Notes under the pieces: model-generated | Told to the model about the DNA's origin: nothing | The model's input: the letters and a program-made list of their open reading frames with translations, nothing else | Databases searched by the model: none | Position numbers and translations under genes: made by a program | Source: a virus | Direction: 5' to 3' (one strand) | IMG/VR virus record: IMGVR_UViG_3300033127_000028 | Location: 1-55,688 of that record | Length of the DNA: 55,688 nucleotides | In this document: positions 1 to 7,596 of the stretch, one piece after another | Layout of the letters: every line of letters begins with the position of its first letter | Position numbering within the stretch: the stretch's first letter is position 1

Positions 1-55
1 ATCAATTAAATTTAGTTGGGCATTATAGTTTCAAAAGAATCCCTAAAGCTGTTGC
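1..55. repeat. Terminal overlap copy 1 (identical to 55634-55688)
   Basis: ATCAATTAAATTTAGTTGGGCATTATAGTTTCAAAAGAATCCCTAAAGCTGTTGC is found at both ends. Confidence 0.95.
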
Positions 56-122
56 AACAATACATATAGACATTACTGCTAGACAGCTCACTAAAGAGCT
101 GTTATAATTTTGCCTATAGTAA

Positions 123-138
123 TTACAGATATGTGTAT
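123..138. promoter_or_regulatory. Operator-like palindrome TTACAGATATGTGTAT upstream of the integrase gene
   Basis: Member of the TTACA-N6-TGTAA family seen in about 12 intergenic places. Confidence 0.4.
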
Positions 139-157
139 TTTGAAAGGAAGTAATCAC

Positions 158-1642
158 ATGAGGCGGAAGAAATCAGCTATATATCTGAGGAAATCTAGGT
201 CAGATGAGGGTATTGAGGCTCTTAGAAAACATAAAGAAATGCTGATAAGATTAGCTGATAGTAAAGGGCTACACTATGAAATATATGAGGAGATAGGGTC
301 ATCTATCAGCCTTGATGTAAGGGATGAGCTAAACAGGCTCTTTGCTAACATTGATCAGTATGAGAATGTCATTGTAATGGACATAGATAGGCTATCAAGA
401 TCATTAGCAGACATGGAGCAGATTAAAAACTTATTCATAGATAAAGAGATAAAGATAATCACTCCTAGTCAGGTCATTGATTTATCTGTAGACTCTCAGG
501 AGCTTATGGTGGACTTTCAGTCTGTTATTGCCAATGCAGAGTATAAGCAGATAAAGAAAAGGATGAGAAGGGGAAGAATAGAGGGAGCAAGAGCAGGGAA
601 CTGGGTGGCAGGTGTTACTCCTTTAGGTTACAACATAGACAAGAAGTCTAAGAAACTTGTTCCTAATAAAGATGAGCTGCCTTTAGTTAGGGAGATATTT
701 AGAATGGCTCTAACTAATCAGACACCTGCTGACATATCTGATCAGTTGAATAAAAGGGGATATAAGACAAGGAAAGGTAACAAATTCACAGCTTATGCTA
801 TTCAAACTATTCTTTCTAACATGGCTTACATTGGTTATGTTGTATACAGGGAGAATCCTGATATAAAAGGTAGGAAGCCTGAGGAGGTAGTCACTCCCAA
901 TGCTCACACTGCTATTATCTCTGAGCTTGATTATCTTGAGGTACAGAAACTGCTTAAAGCTAGGAGGACTAATCATGGTAGAAATTCAGCTCTTTATAGG
1001 ACTTATCTGCAAGGTCTAGTCTTTTGTGCAGAGTGTGGAAGGCAAATGACTATACAGTTTACCAGTGCTGATAAAGAGGGGAGAAATGTGGATAGCATAA
1101 ACTTTCAAGCCTGTAGGACTGAGGGCTGTAAGACTCAAGGTATTAGCTGTAAAGAGGTTGAGGAGGCTGTCAGGGTAGAGCTTTACTCTTTGAAATCAAA
1201 AGTATTCCATCAGTTTCAGCAGTTAAAGGGTCAGGATAACAGGGGTAAAGAAGTTGAATACTCCACACTTATTGCAAAGCATCAGTCTGAAATTAAGAGG
1301 GGGGAGGGTAAGCTAGACAACCTCCTAGACCTGCAATTAGATGGGGCTATTGATAAAGATACCTACAGCAAAAAGAAAGCAGAGATACAGCAGGACATAC
1401 AGGAATTAAGGCAGGAAATTAAAAGGCTTGAGCTGTCTATTCAAAAGCTTGATAAGGATAGTCAATCTAATATGCTGCTGCACACAATGAGAATGATAGA
1501 CAAGATAGACATAATGGATAAGGAGGAGGCAAATAGGTGGTTAAAAACCATTATAGCTAGGATTGAATACAGTAGACCTAAGCCTAACTCCTTGAGAAGA
1601 AGTGCAAAGGGTGAGCCAGTAATCAATATAATTGCAATGTAG
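158..1642 (+). CDS. Large serine recombinase (integrase)
   Basis: AIYLRKSRSDEG and DIDRLSRS resolvase core, a recombinase domain, a Cys-rich zinc ribbon (CAECG..C..C) and a C-terminal coiled coil. ATG 158 has a GAAAGGAAG RBS; the track ORF starts at TTG 110. Confidence 0.9.
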   Translation: MRRKKSAIYLRKSRSDEGIEALRKHKEMLIRLADSKGLHYEIYEEIGSSISLDVRDELNRLFANIDQYENVIVMDIDRLSRSLADMEQIKNLFIDKEIKIITPSQVIDLSVDSQELMVDFQSVIANAEYKQIKKRMRRGRIEGARAGNWVAGVTPLGYNIDKKSKKLVPNKDELPLVREIFRMALTNQTPADISDQLNKRGYKTRKGNKFTAYAIQTILSNMAYIGYVVYRENPDIKGRKPEEVVTPNAHTAIISELDYLEVQKLLKARRTNHGRNSALYRTYLQGLVFCAECGRQMTIQFTSADKEGRNVDSINFQACRTEGCKTQGISCKEVEEAVRVELYSLKSKVFHQFQQLKGQDNRGKEVEYSTLIAKHQSEIKRGEGKLDNLLDLQLDGAIDKDTYSKKKAEIQQDIQELRQEIKRLELSIQKLDKDSQSNMLLHTMRMIDKIDIMDKEEANRWLKTIIARIEYSRPKPNSLRRSAKGEPVINIIAM

Positions 1643-1643
1643 G

Positions 1644-1666
1644 GGAGCAGACAGCTCCTTTTTTTG
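1644..1666 (+). terminator. Rho-independent terminator after the integrase gene
   Basis: GGAGC-agaca-GCTCC followed by a T7 run. Confidence 0.7.
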
Positions 1667-1712
1667 TATATAAATTTGTCTCAAAAAAGTATCGAAAATT
1701 ACACATATACTG

Positions 1713-1741
1713 TTTACACATATCTGTAATCGTGTTATAAT
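1713..1741 (+). promoter_or_regulatory. Class I sigma-A-like promoter with embedded operator (upstream of hicA)
   Basis: TTTACA-N17-TATAAT. The spacer contains TTACACATATCTGTAA. It is preceded by the A-tract motif TCTCAAAAAAGTATCGAAAAT. Confidence 0.6.
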
Positions 1742-1764
1742 AAGTTATAGAAAGGGGGGAGAGA

Positions 1765-1953
1765 GTGAGATACAGAGAAGTAAGAAAGGCTCTTAGCAAG
1801 GGTGGCTGTGAGATACTTAGACAGAAAGGCTCACATGTTATATGGTACAGCCCAGTGACTGACAAGGTATTCCCAGTACCTAATCATCCTAGTAAGGACT
1901 TACCTAAACCTTTACTAAAAGCCATACAAGAACAGTCAGGGATTAAGCTCTAG
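1765..1953 (+). CDS. hicA: HicA-family mRNA interferase toxin
   Basis: 62 aa with REVRKALSKGGCEILRQKGSHVIW...HPSKDLPKPLLKAI, a typical HicA/YcfA signature. GTG start. Confidence 0.8.
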   Translation: MRYREVRKALSKGGCEILRQKGSHVIWYSPVTDKVFPVPNHPSKDLPKPLLKAIQEQSGIKL

Positions 1954-2036
1954 GAGCTTTCCCTGCTCTTTCTTAAACTGTATAATATCATATGCGATAC
2001 AGTTTTTAAAATACTTTCTCTAGGAGGTTTCACTGT

Positions 2037-2321
2037 ATGCCCATGTATAAATTTTATGCAATGATTGACAGAGAGAATTTAGATGGTACAGGTCATTACA
2101 TGGTCAGCTTTCCTGATGTAGAGAACTGCTTCACTTATGGTGAGGATATGCAGGGGGCTGTAAGTAATGCTCATGATGCTCTCAGAGAGCTTTTAATTGT
2201 TGAGGAGCAGAGGGGTAAGGAAATTCCTAAAGCCTCTAAGCTGCCTGATTTAGAACTTAAACAGGGTGCAAGTTATGTGCTGATTGAAGTAAATACAGAT
2301 GTTAAAAGAGAGGCTGTGTAG
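2037..2321 (+). CDS. hicB: HicB-family antitoxin (short form, no obvious DNA-binding domain)
   Basis: YMVSFPDVENCFTYGEDMQGAVSNAHDALRELL resembles the HicB N-terminal fold. It lies directly downstream of hicA and has an AGGAGG RBS. Confidence 0.7.
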   Translation: MPMYKFYAMIDRENLDGTGHYMVSFPDVENCFTYGEDMQGAVSNAHDALRELLIVEEQRGKEIPKASKLPDLELKQGASYVLIEVNTDVKREAV

Positions 2322-2374
2322 TTGCAGCCTTTTTCTTTTTGTTTAACTTATCTCAAAAAAGTATCAAAAATATA

Positions 2375-2403
2375 TTTACATATATGTGTAATCATGATAT
2401 GAT
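2375..2403 (+). promoter_or_regulatory. Class I promoter with operator (upstream of orf 2479)
   Basis: TTTACA-tatatgtgtaatcatga-TATGAT. It is part of an approximately 80-bp cassette nearly identical to 10320-10400. Confidence 0.6.
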
Positions 2404-2478
2404 GAATACAAGTTAAAGAAAGCCTATCAAGAGGCAGGGTGGTTATGGACTAGAAAAGCCACTCAATACTTATAAGGA

Positions 2479-2835
2479 GTGGTTAAAGTGGGATTTAAAA
2501 TTATTAGAGATTTTATAGAGACAGGTGCAGTAGGTATTGAGTCAGTAAGGCAGACAGGTTTTAATGCACTGTTTATGACTGAGGAGCAGCAGAAAGGCTG
2601 TGAGTATCATGGAGGTAAGATCAAAGTAAGACTAAAAGATGATGATGGTGGTATTTACTATCATGCTTATGTGGATGACATAGAGGGAAGCTGTGAGCTG
2701 CTACTTGATTGGGGTATGGGCTATGCAGGTACTACATGTTTGGACTTACATATTGTTCACTGGATTCAGGAATATGGTGAGGAAAAACCATCTGCTCTGA
2801 GCAAAGATGGTAAATGGGTTGGTTACATGAGTTGA
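2479..2835 (+). CDS. Hypothetical protein (118 aa)
   Basis: Open frame behind a class I promoter. An AAGGAG RBS fits a GTG start at 2479/2488. No motif recognised. Confidence 0.5.
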   Translation: MVKVGFKIIRDFIETGAVGIESVRQTGFNALFMTEEQQKGCEYHGGKIKVRLKDDDGGIYYHAYVDDIEGSCELLLDWGMGYAGTTCLDLHIVHWIQEYGEEKPSALSKDGKWVGYMS

Positions 2836-2893
2836 AAAATATAGGGGAGGGTCTTTCCTCCTCTGTTATAATGAATTAGAAAGGGAGAGATAA

Positions 2894-3040
2894 ATGATTA
2901 TACTGATATTACTCATTATTATGGCTTTAGGTGGCTGTAAGATGATTTATGATAATTACAGAATTAGAAGGTACAAAGAGGAAAAGCTGTGGGAAAGAGT
3001 GGAAAGGCATGAGGCAAAGAAAAAGAAGGGGGCTGAGTAA
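2894..3040 (+). CDS. Small membrane or lipoprotein-like peptide (48 aa, not in the ORF track)
   Basis: MIILILLIIMALGGCKMIYDNYRIRRYKEEKLWERVERHEAKKKKGAE. GGGAGAG RBS, a hydrophobic N-terminus with an LGGC lipobox-like motif, and a basic tail. Confidence 0.4.
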   Translation: MIILILLIIMALGGCKMIYDNYRIRRYKEEKLWERVERHEAKKKKGAE

Positions 3041-3061
3041 TCAGTCTCTTTTTTAATGCAC

Positions 3062-3090
3062 AAAAAAAAAGGAAGGCTTTTAAGCCTCCA
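3062..3090 (-). terminator. Rho-independent terminator after the phr-like gene
   Basis: On the - strand: GGAGGC-ttaaaa-GCCTTCC followed by T9. Confidence 0.6.
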
Positions 3091-3097
3091 CATTGTT

Positions 3098-3220
3098 TTA
3101 AGAACCTGCACCTCTTGAAGATAATAACATAATGTTATCAGTCTTTGCTGACTTGTCATGGGCAGCAGCAGGTATGCTGAATAGTGAGCCAATAAGTAAA
3201 GCAGTGGTAATGATCATCAT
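3098..3220 (-). CDS. Phr-like secreted signalling pro-peptide (40 aa, not in the ORF track)
   Basis: MMIITTALLIGSLFSIPAAAHDKSAKTDNIMLLSSRGAGS. It has a signal peptide ending in AAA, starts 13 nt downstream of the Rap stop on the same strand, and is followed by a terminator. Confidence 0.55.
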   Translation of the reverse strand: MMIITTALLIGSLFSIPAAAHDKSAKTDNIMLLSSRGAGS

Positions 3221-3232
3221 AAATTTTTTCAA

Positions 3233-4321
3233 TTAAATGATCTCCTTTCCTGTTAGTATACTTGAATGTAGGGCTACCTCTAGGAAGTAAGTGGCTTCTT
3301 TGTGCATGTCTTTTGCTTTAAAAATCTTGGCTACATCAGGAGCTAAAGCCTCTATGTCTACATAAGCCTTTTTCTCCTCTAATAGTTTAAGCCCTTCTTT
3401 TATGTTAACAAAACTTTCCACAGGTTGGGTATAACTTTTGTTAAGAATTTCAAACTTTATTATAAAATTCTCATTGGACTGCTTCTCAGAGAAGGCTAGA
3501 CCTTCATCAACCCATTTCAAGGCATCTTCAATCCTGCTTAATTTGTAAGCTGACCTTGCATACTCATACACACACTGTAGGTAGGATATTGGTGCAGATT
3601 CTTTTAGATTATCTGTGGAGATAGCTTTATTGAAATAGTCTATAGCATCAGTGTGGTCATCTGTTTGGATTTTAAGGAATCCTAGATCATAGTAAGCTAA
3701 GGCTAATAACTTCTTATCATCTTTCTCAATCAATTGGTTCACACAATCTTGCAGCATGTCCTCTGCCTTACTTAACCTGCCATCATCTATGTAGTTTAAA
3801 GCAAGCAGCATAGTACAGTTAATAGTCTGAATGCTATAACCATCATGACCTTTATAAATATCCTTAGCAGTGATCAGATGATGGTGCGCCAACAATGTGA
3901 CTTTATTGAAATAGTACAGTGTACCAATTTTGTAATGGAACTCTGCTTTTTCAATCTCATCATAAACTTTATCTAGCTTTCTCTCAGCTACCCTAAAGAG
4001 TGCTAAGGCTTCTGAGTAATTATTCTTGGCACTCTCATACATTCCTTTGAATAAGTAAAAGTAAAAACTCAGCATATCATCTGTCTTAATTCTCTCAGAC
4101 TCAGAAATAGAGGGCTGTCCTGTTAAATCTTCCATCAGAACTTTAAATCTATAATCTAAGATGTTGAAGTACAGTAAGACATCCTGATTTTCCTCCATGT
4201 TATCAATCATTTTCTTGATCTCATCCCTAAGCTCCACTGCCTGAGACACTTCTCTTTTCTTTATGTGGACATACCATGTATTTAAGGTGTTTGCTACATC
4301 CACAGAGGCAATGTTCCCCAT
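3233..4321 (-). CDS. Rap-family (RRNPP) TPR quorum-sensing receptor
   Basis: The N-terminus VANTLNTWYVHIKK...DEIKKMIDNMEENQDVLLYFNILDYRFKVLMEDL parallels the Bacillus Rap N-terminal three-helix bundle. The rest is TPR-like. 362 aa. Confidence 0.65.
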   Translation of the reverse strand: MGNIASVDVANTLNTWYVHIKKREVSQAVELRDEIKKMIDNMEENQDVLLYFNILDYRFKVLMEDLTGQPSISESERIKTDDMLSFYFYLFKGMYESAKNNYSEALALFRVAERKLDKVYDEIEKAEFHYKIGTLYYFNKVTLLAHHHLITAKDIYKGHDGYSIQTINCTMLLALNYIDDGRLSKAEDMLQDCVNQLIEKDDKKLLALAYYDLGFLKIQTDDHTDAIDYFNKAISTDNLKESAPISYLQCVYEYARSAYKLSRIEDALKWVDEGLAFSEKQSNENFIIKFEILNKSYTQPVESFVNIKEGLKLLEEKKAYVDIEALAPDVAKIFKAKDMHKEATYFLEVALHSSILTGKEII

Positions 4322-4421
4322 TCTATAACCTCCTTAAAAGCATATACCAATTATTTTACATAATAAGAAAAGAAATGGATAGTGCAAATAGGTTGATACT
4401 TTCATATTCTTTAGGGATTTA

Positions 4422-4458
4422 TGTCACAAAAGGTCTAGTAATGTCTAACTAAGGAGGG
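4422..4458 (+). promoter_or_regulatory. Class II phage promoter-like element
   Basis: TGTCACA-N16-CTAACTAAGGAGGG, 17 nt upstream of ATG 4475. Confidence 0.55.
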
Positions 4459-4474
4459 GAGGAGGTGATTTTAT

Positions 4475-4717
4475 ATGAAAGAGTTTAAAAATGCTGATGC
4501 TACTGTAATTGGTGAGATAATTGAGGAAAATGGGCAGTTTGTCAAAGTTAGATCAATTGAAGGATTAAGCTATACTTTGGCTAAGCAGGGATTGTCAGTT
4601 AATGAGCTGCCGCAGGCAGAAAATGTGGAGGATGCAGTTTCTGAGCTGTCTGAGCCTGTGAAACCTGTTAAAAAGGCAAGGAAAAGTAAAAAAGCAGTCA
4701 ATGCTGCTGCTGAATAG
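4475..4717 (+). CDS. Hypothetical protein (80 aa, basic C-terminus)
   Basis: GGAGG RBS and a class II element upstream. Confidence 0.55.
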   Translation: MKEFKNADATVIGEIIEENGQFVKVRSIEGLSYTLAKQGLSVNELPQAENVEDAVSELSEPVKPVKKARKSKKAVNAAAE

Positions 4718-5280
4718 ATTGGGGATAAGTGGAGAAGGCTCATGCTTTCTCTGCTTTTTTGTATCAGTGGCTGTAACACAAAGCCTAAGAATAGGGGGTA
4801 TCTTTTTGACTGGGGGGAGGGGGTAAAGTAATTTTTCAAGTTTTTTAGACAGCTTGAGCCTTAGAGAGGCAAGGGATACAAGCTTTAAAGTACCATCTAC
4901 AAATATTTATCTACAGCAAGGTACTTTATTTCTTATTGTTACAGTTACCTATAGTAGTGAGAAAAACAGTTTTAAACTTTAAAAAACTTATAACTGTTAT
5001 AAACAGTATAAGACTATAGATAATAATTATTAATAAATATAAAGGATTAGTCAGGTATGTACTTTGTTTAGGCTGCTGTAGCAGTACATAGAAGTGAGAG
5101 AGGGAAAGGCTCTTTAGAGGGTTATCAGCCTCCAATTAATCTCTCTCTATTGTCTCCTATTGTTTACCTCTAAAGGGTCATTTCTTGAGTCTGATGGTGT
5201 CATTATGATGCTGTCAGGCTTTTTTATTATTGGGAAAAAACAACAAGCATACTCTACAGTGTTTTTGAGAAGTTTAAAGA

Positions 5281-5706
5281 ATGATACACAAAACACACAA
5301 AGGAGTGCTAGTGGTGAAAGATACTAAACCTTTTACAAATGGTCAGGGGATAATATCTGTTATATCAATGCCAGTGGAGGATGCAACTGCACAAGACTAC
5401 ATTGTTGCTTTGGCTAATAAGACTAAGGATTATACTGTAACAATGATAAAAGTAAAAGAGGATGGTGTAGGAACAAAACTACCTAGCCCAGTGGGCTTTA
5501 ATTGTGATTTACCTGAATGTGCAGACTGCACAAAACAAGGTAAGTTTGACTCTATATTATACACAACAAGTGAAGAGCCGCCTTTTGATCTTTGGGTATT
5601 TGCTCATACAGATAACCCTGATAAACCTAGTGGTTGGGGAGGTCCTGTTAGAATCACACCAACCAGTGATTATGGAGGCTCTGTAGTTTGCTTAGATATA
5701 AAGTAG
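5281..5706 (+). CDS. Hypothetical protein (141 aa)
   Basis: Open frame followed by a hairpin and T-run. The start is uncertain (an alternative GTG lies after AAAGGAG). Confidence 0.45.
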   Translation: MIHKTHKGVLVVKDTKPFTNGQGIISVISMPVEDATAQDYIVALANKTKDYTVTMIKVKEDGVGTKLPSPVGFNCDLPECADCTKQGKFDSILYTTSEEPPFDLWVFAHTDNPDKPSGWGGPVRITPTSDYGGSVVCLDIK

Positions 5707-5867
5707 AAAGAGTCACCTTTAGGGTGGCTTTTTTATTTACCCTTATATCCAAGATTCTTAGAGATCAGGTCTCTGATAAATGAAGGCAAATGGAGGTTAT
5801 ATCAGGAGCAAGTTGATTTTTTCATCTTGGGTTTTATGTCTCACTGTGGCAAAGCTTTAATTTAAAA

Positions 5868-5977
5868 GTTAAATGCCAGTAAATGAGTGAAATAAATGGA
5901 TGTTAAATGGCAGTTAAATGCCTGCTACATAAGGGATTGATACAAGTTTAATTACAAGTTAAATGGCTGTTAAATGA
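5868..5977. repeat. Array of five GTTAAATG(G/C/A) iterons
   Basis: Copies at 5868, 5902, 5913, 5958 and 5969 form two pairs spaced 11 bp apart, plus degenerate copies. The array is upstream of the HTH gene at 6048. Confidence 0.7.
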
Positions 5978-6047
5978 CAGTGGATATACAGCAAGTTTCT
6001 GTAAGGCAAGAGAGGAAAACATACAAGAAAAGGGGAGTACAGATAAC

Positions 6048-6437
6048 ATGAGAAAATCTAAAAAAGTATTAAAGCCTGAGCAGTACAAGGCAATAGCCCT
6101 CATGGTATACAAGGATGTTAATGGGCTTACTAATGAAATGATTGCAAAAGAGGTGGGGGTCAATCCAAGTACCCTGTATGAATGGAAAAAGGGGGAGGCT
6201 TTTAACAATGAGCTGCTGAAACAATCAGAGGAGGTACAGAGGAGCTTCCTAGCAGACACCTACACACAGTTAAGAGTGATCATTAACAGTCCTAATGTAA
6301 AGCCTGCCAATAAGTTAAAGGCTATTGAATTGGTACTCAAGAATCAAGGCAGACTTAAAGAAGTACAAGAAGTCACACAGACTACTGATGAGAAGTCACT
6401 GCAAGATATTCTGTCTGAGCTTCAAGCAATTAAATAA
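6048..6437 (+). CDS. HTH DNA-binding protein, small-terminase-like (phBC6A51-type HTH)
   Basis: LKPEQYKAIALMV...TNEMIAKEVGVNPSTLYEWKKGEAFNNELL is an HTH pattern typical of small DNA-packaging or regulatory proteins. Confidence 0.4.
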   Translation: MRKSKKVLKPEQYKAIALMVYKDVNGLTNEMIAKEVGVNPSTLYEWKKGEAFNNELLKQSEEVQRSFLADTYTQLRVIINSPNVKPANKLKAIELVLKNQGRLKEVQEVTQTTDEKSLQDILSELQAIK

Positions 6438-6449
6438 TATTATTAAAGG

Positions 6450-6477
6450 CAGAGCTTAAATGCTCTGTCTGTTTTTG
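6450..6477 (+). terminator. Rho-independent terminator
   Basis: CAGAGC-ttaaat-GCTCTG followed by a T-rich run. Confidence 0.65.
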
Positions 6478-6479
6478 TA

Positions 6480-6872
6480 TTTATATTTTGATACATATTT
6501 TTGAGACTCTGAAAGCATTGATAATACATTTAATTTATTTTGTTTCACAATCATTTCTTTTTGAGACAGCAATGACTCACACCACTGTCACTCACCTTCA
6601 CTCAAATAAATTTCACAGACACTCAGAAGCTTCACCCTCCCCACAGGGGGGAACAGGGGCAGGAGGGGCAGGGGCAAGTGCCTCTAAAATATACACAATG
6701 GATTTTTACTTTTTGGTGGTAATCACTTCCAGTCACTCGCAGTTAATAACTTTCACTCAACTGCCACTCACACTGATACAATTCACTGCACATCCACTAT
6801 CCTATATATTTCTCTAAAAGCTTTGCCCAGTTCCTATTGCATAATTACAGTTTTCTGATATGCTAGTTAAGG
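6480..6872. other. Non-coding island: C/A-rich (T)CACT(C) repeats flanking a G-quadruplex motif
   Basis: No credible ORF (the track ORF 6488..6817 is low complexity with no RBS). There are many CACTCA/TCACTC copies. G6-N4-G4-N5-G4-N2-G4 lies at 6646-6674. Confidence 0.5.
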
Positions 6873-6879
6873 TATAATA

Positions 6880-6893
6880 AGAACAGATGTTCT
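6880..6893. promoter_or_regulatory. LexA (Cheo-type) SOS box
   Basis: AGAACAGATGTTCT matches GAAC-N4-GTTC. It lies 2 nt downstream of a perfect TATAAT (6873-6878). Confidence 0.5.
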
Positions 6894-6902
6894 CTTTTTT
6901 AG

Positions 6903-7193
6903 ATGGGAGTGGGTAATATGACACAATTACAAGACTGGGCAGCAAATGCTCCTACTGAGGTCTACAATATTCTTGAGGACTGGGGATACACAAGGCAAGA
7001 CATAAATATAGCAGATGCAGTGCATTTGACAATTTACTTACTGAATAGACTTGATACAGGAGATAAGACTGACTACTATTATTGCTTACAGTTTGAGGAT
7101 GAGCTGCAATACACTAAGATAAAGTTTGAGTGTATCAGCTTTCTTTACTATTTTGAAAGGTATGCAGCAGGTAAAGGGCTGCTAGAGGGTTAG
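6903..7193 (+). CDS. Hypothetical protein (96 aa; possibly starts at ATG 6918)
   Basis: First gene after the LexA-box promoter. No motif recognised. Confidence 0.5.
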   Translation: MGVGNMTQLQDWAANAPTEVYNILEDWGYTRQDINIADAVHLTIYLLNRLDTGDKTDYYYCLQFEDELQYTKIKFECISFLYYFERYAAGKGLLEG

Positions 7194-7230
7194 TGTCACA
7201 GATAAGACAGGTGAGGCTAACTAAGGAGTG
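7194..7230 (+). promoter_or_regulatory. Class II phage promoter-like element
   Basis: TGTCACA-N16-CTAACTAAGGAGTG followed by the leader AATAAACTTTTAGGAG. Confidence 0.55.
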
Positions 7231-7253
7231 AATAAACTTTTAGGAGTGGTTAC

Positions 7254-7508
7254 ATGGGATTTTTTATGGACAAGTCATCTAATTTGTTTGGTAGCAGGCT
7301 ATATGATGGTGGTTTTGCTGCTGTAGATTCAAAAGACAGGGATGATTTTATGAAAAGAAAAGTGATGGCTAATTTTGCAGAGGGATTGTCTCAGAAAATT
7401 GAGGTTACTAAGCATTTTGATGAGTTAGTGAATGCTGATGTGTATGAGGCTAGGGCAGTTATTTTGACTGTAGATGAATATAAAGAATTGTTGAAGGGTA
7501 GAGCCTAA
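7254..7508 (+). CDS. Hypothetical protein (84 aa)
   Basis: AGGAG RBS 7 nt upstream; a terminator follows. Confidence 0.55.
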   Translation: MGFFMDKSSNLFGSRLYDGGFAAVDSKDRDDFMKRKVMANFAEGLSQKIEVTKHFDELVNADVYEARAVILTVDEYKELLKGRA

Positions 7509-7532
7509 AAGCTCTGCTCTTTTTTTTACACT

Positions 7533-7569
7533 TGTCACAGTTTTGGCAGAGCTTCCTAACTAAGAGGTG
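7533..7569 (+). promoter_or_regulatory. Class II phage promoter-like element
   Basis: TGTCACA-N16-CTAACTAAGAGGTG with the same AATAAACTTTTAGGAGG leader. Confidence 0.55.
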
Positions 7570-7596
7570 AATAAACTTTTAGGAGGACATACCCTT

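Noticed and set aside
1-55. The terminal 55-nt repeats as prophage att sites or biological direct terminal repeats.
   Set aside because: The length equals a common assembler k-mer. Flanking sequence is phage on both sides with no bacterial genes, and the packaging genes look headful-type. This cannot be fully excluded without reads.
2956-3192. Track ORF of 78 aa on the - strand overlapping the phr-like region.
   Set aside because: It is in a different frame from the signal-peptide ORF, has no RBS, runs through the terminator hairpin, and has a low-complexity sequence.
3233-4321. Considered calling the TPR receptor and peptide an arbitrium AimR/AimP system, because of the RGA in the peptide.
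   Set aside because: The receptor's N-terminus aligns by eye with the Rap helix bundle (xxNxWYxxI...ExxQDxLLYFxxLxxRxxxL), not with an AimR HTH. The peptide also does not end in RGA. It is kept as Rap/Phr-like with uncertain mature peptide.
4926-5135. Track ORF of 69 aa on the - strand, with a hydrophobic sequence.
   Set aside because: It lies in the AT-rich non-coding stretch and has no RBS. The hydrophobicity is explained by T-rich codons.
5948-6259. Track ORF of 103 aa on the - strand.
   Set aside because: It is antisense to the well-supported HTH gene at 6048 and extends into the iteron array. It has no RBS.
6488-6817. Track ORF of 109 aa (MIHIFETLK...).
   Set aside because: It has no RBS, starts inside the terminator T-run, and its sequence is dominated by the CACT repeats and the G-run (GGTGAGGAGAS). 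It is treated as non-coding.
6880-6900. The palindrome plus T6 run read as a simple rho-independent terminator.
   Set aside because: A 6-bp stem with a 2-nt loop (or 4 bp with a 4-nt loop) is a poor hairpin. A near-identical GAAC-N4-GTTC sequence recurs at 38705 without a T-run. The attenuator possibility is noted in the finding.
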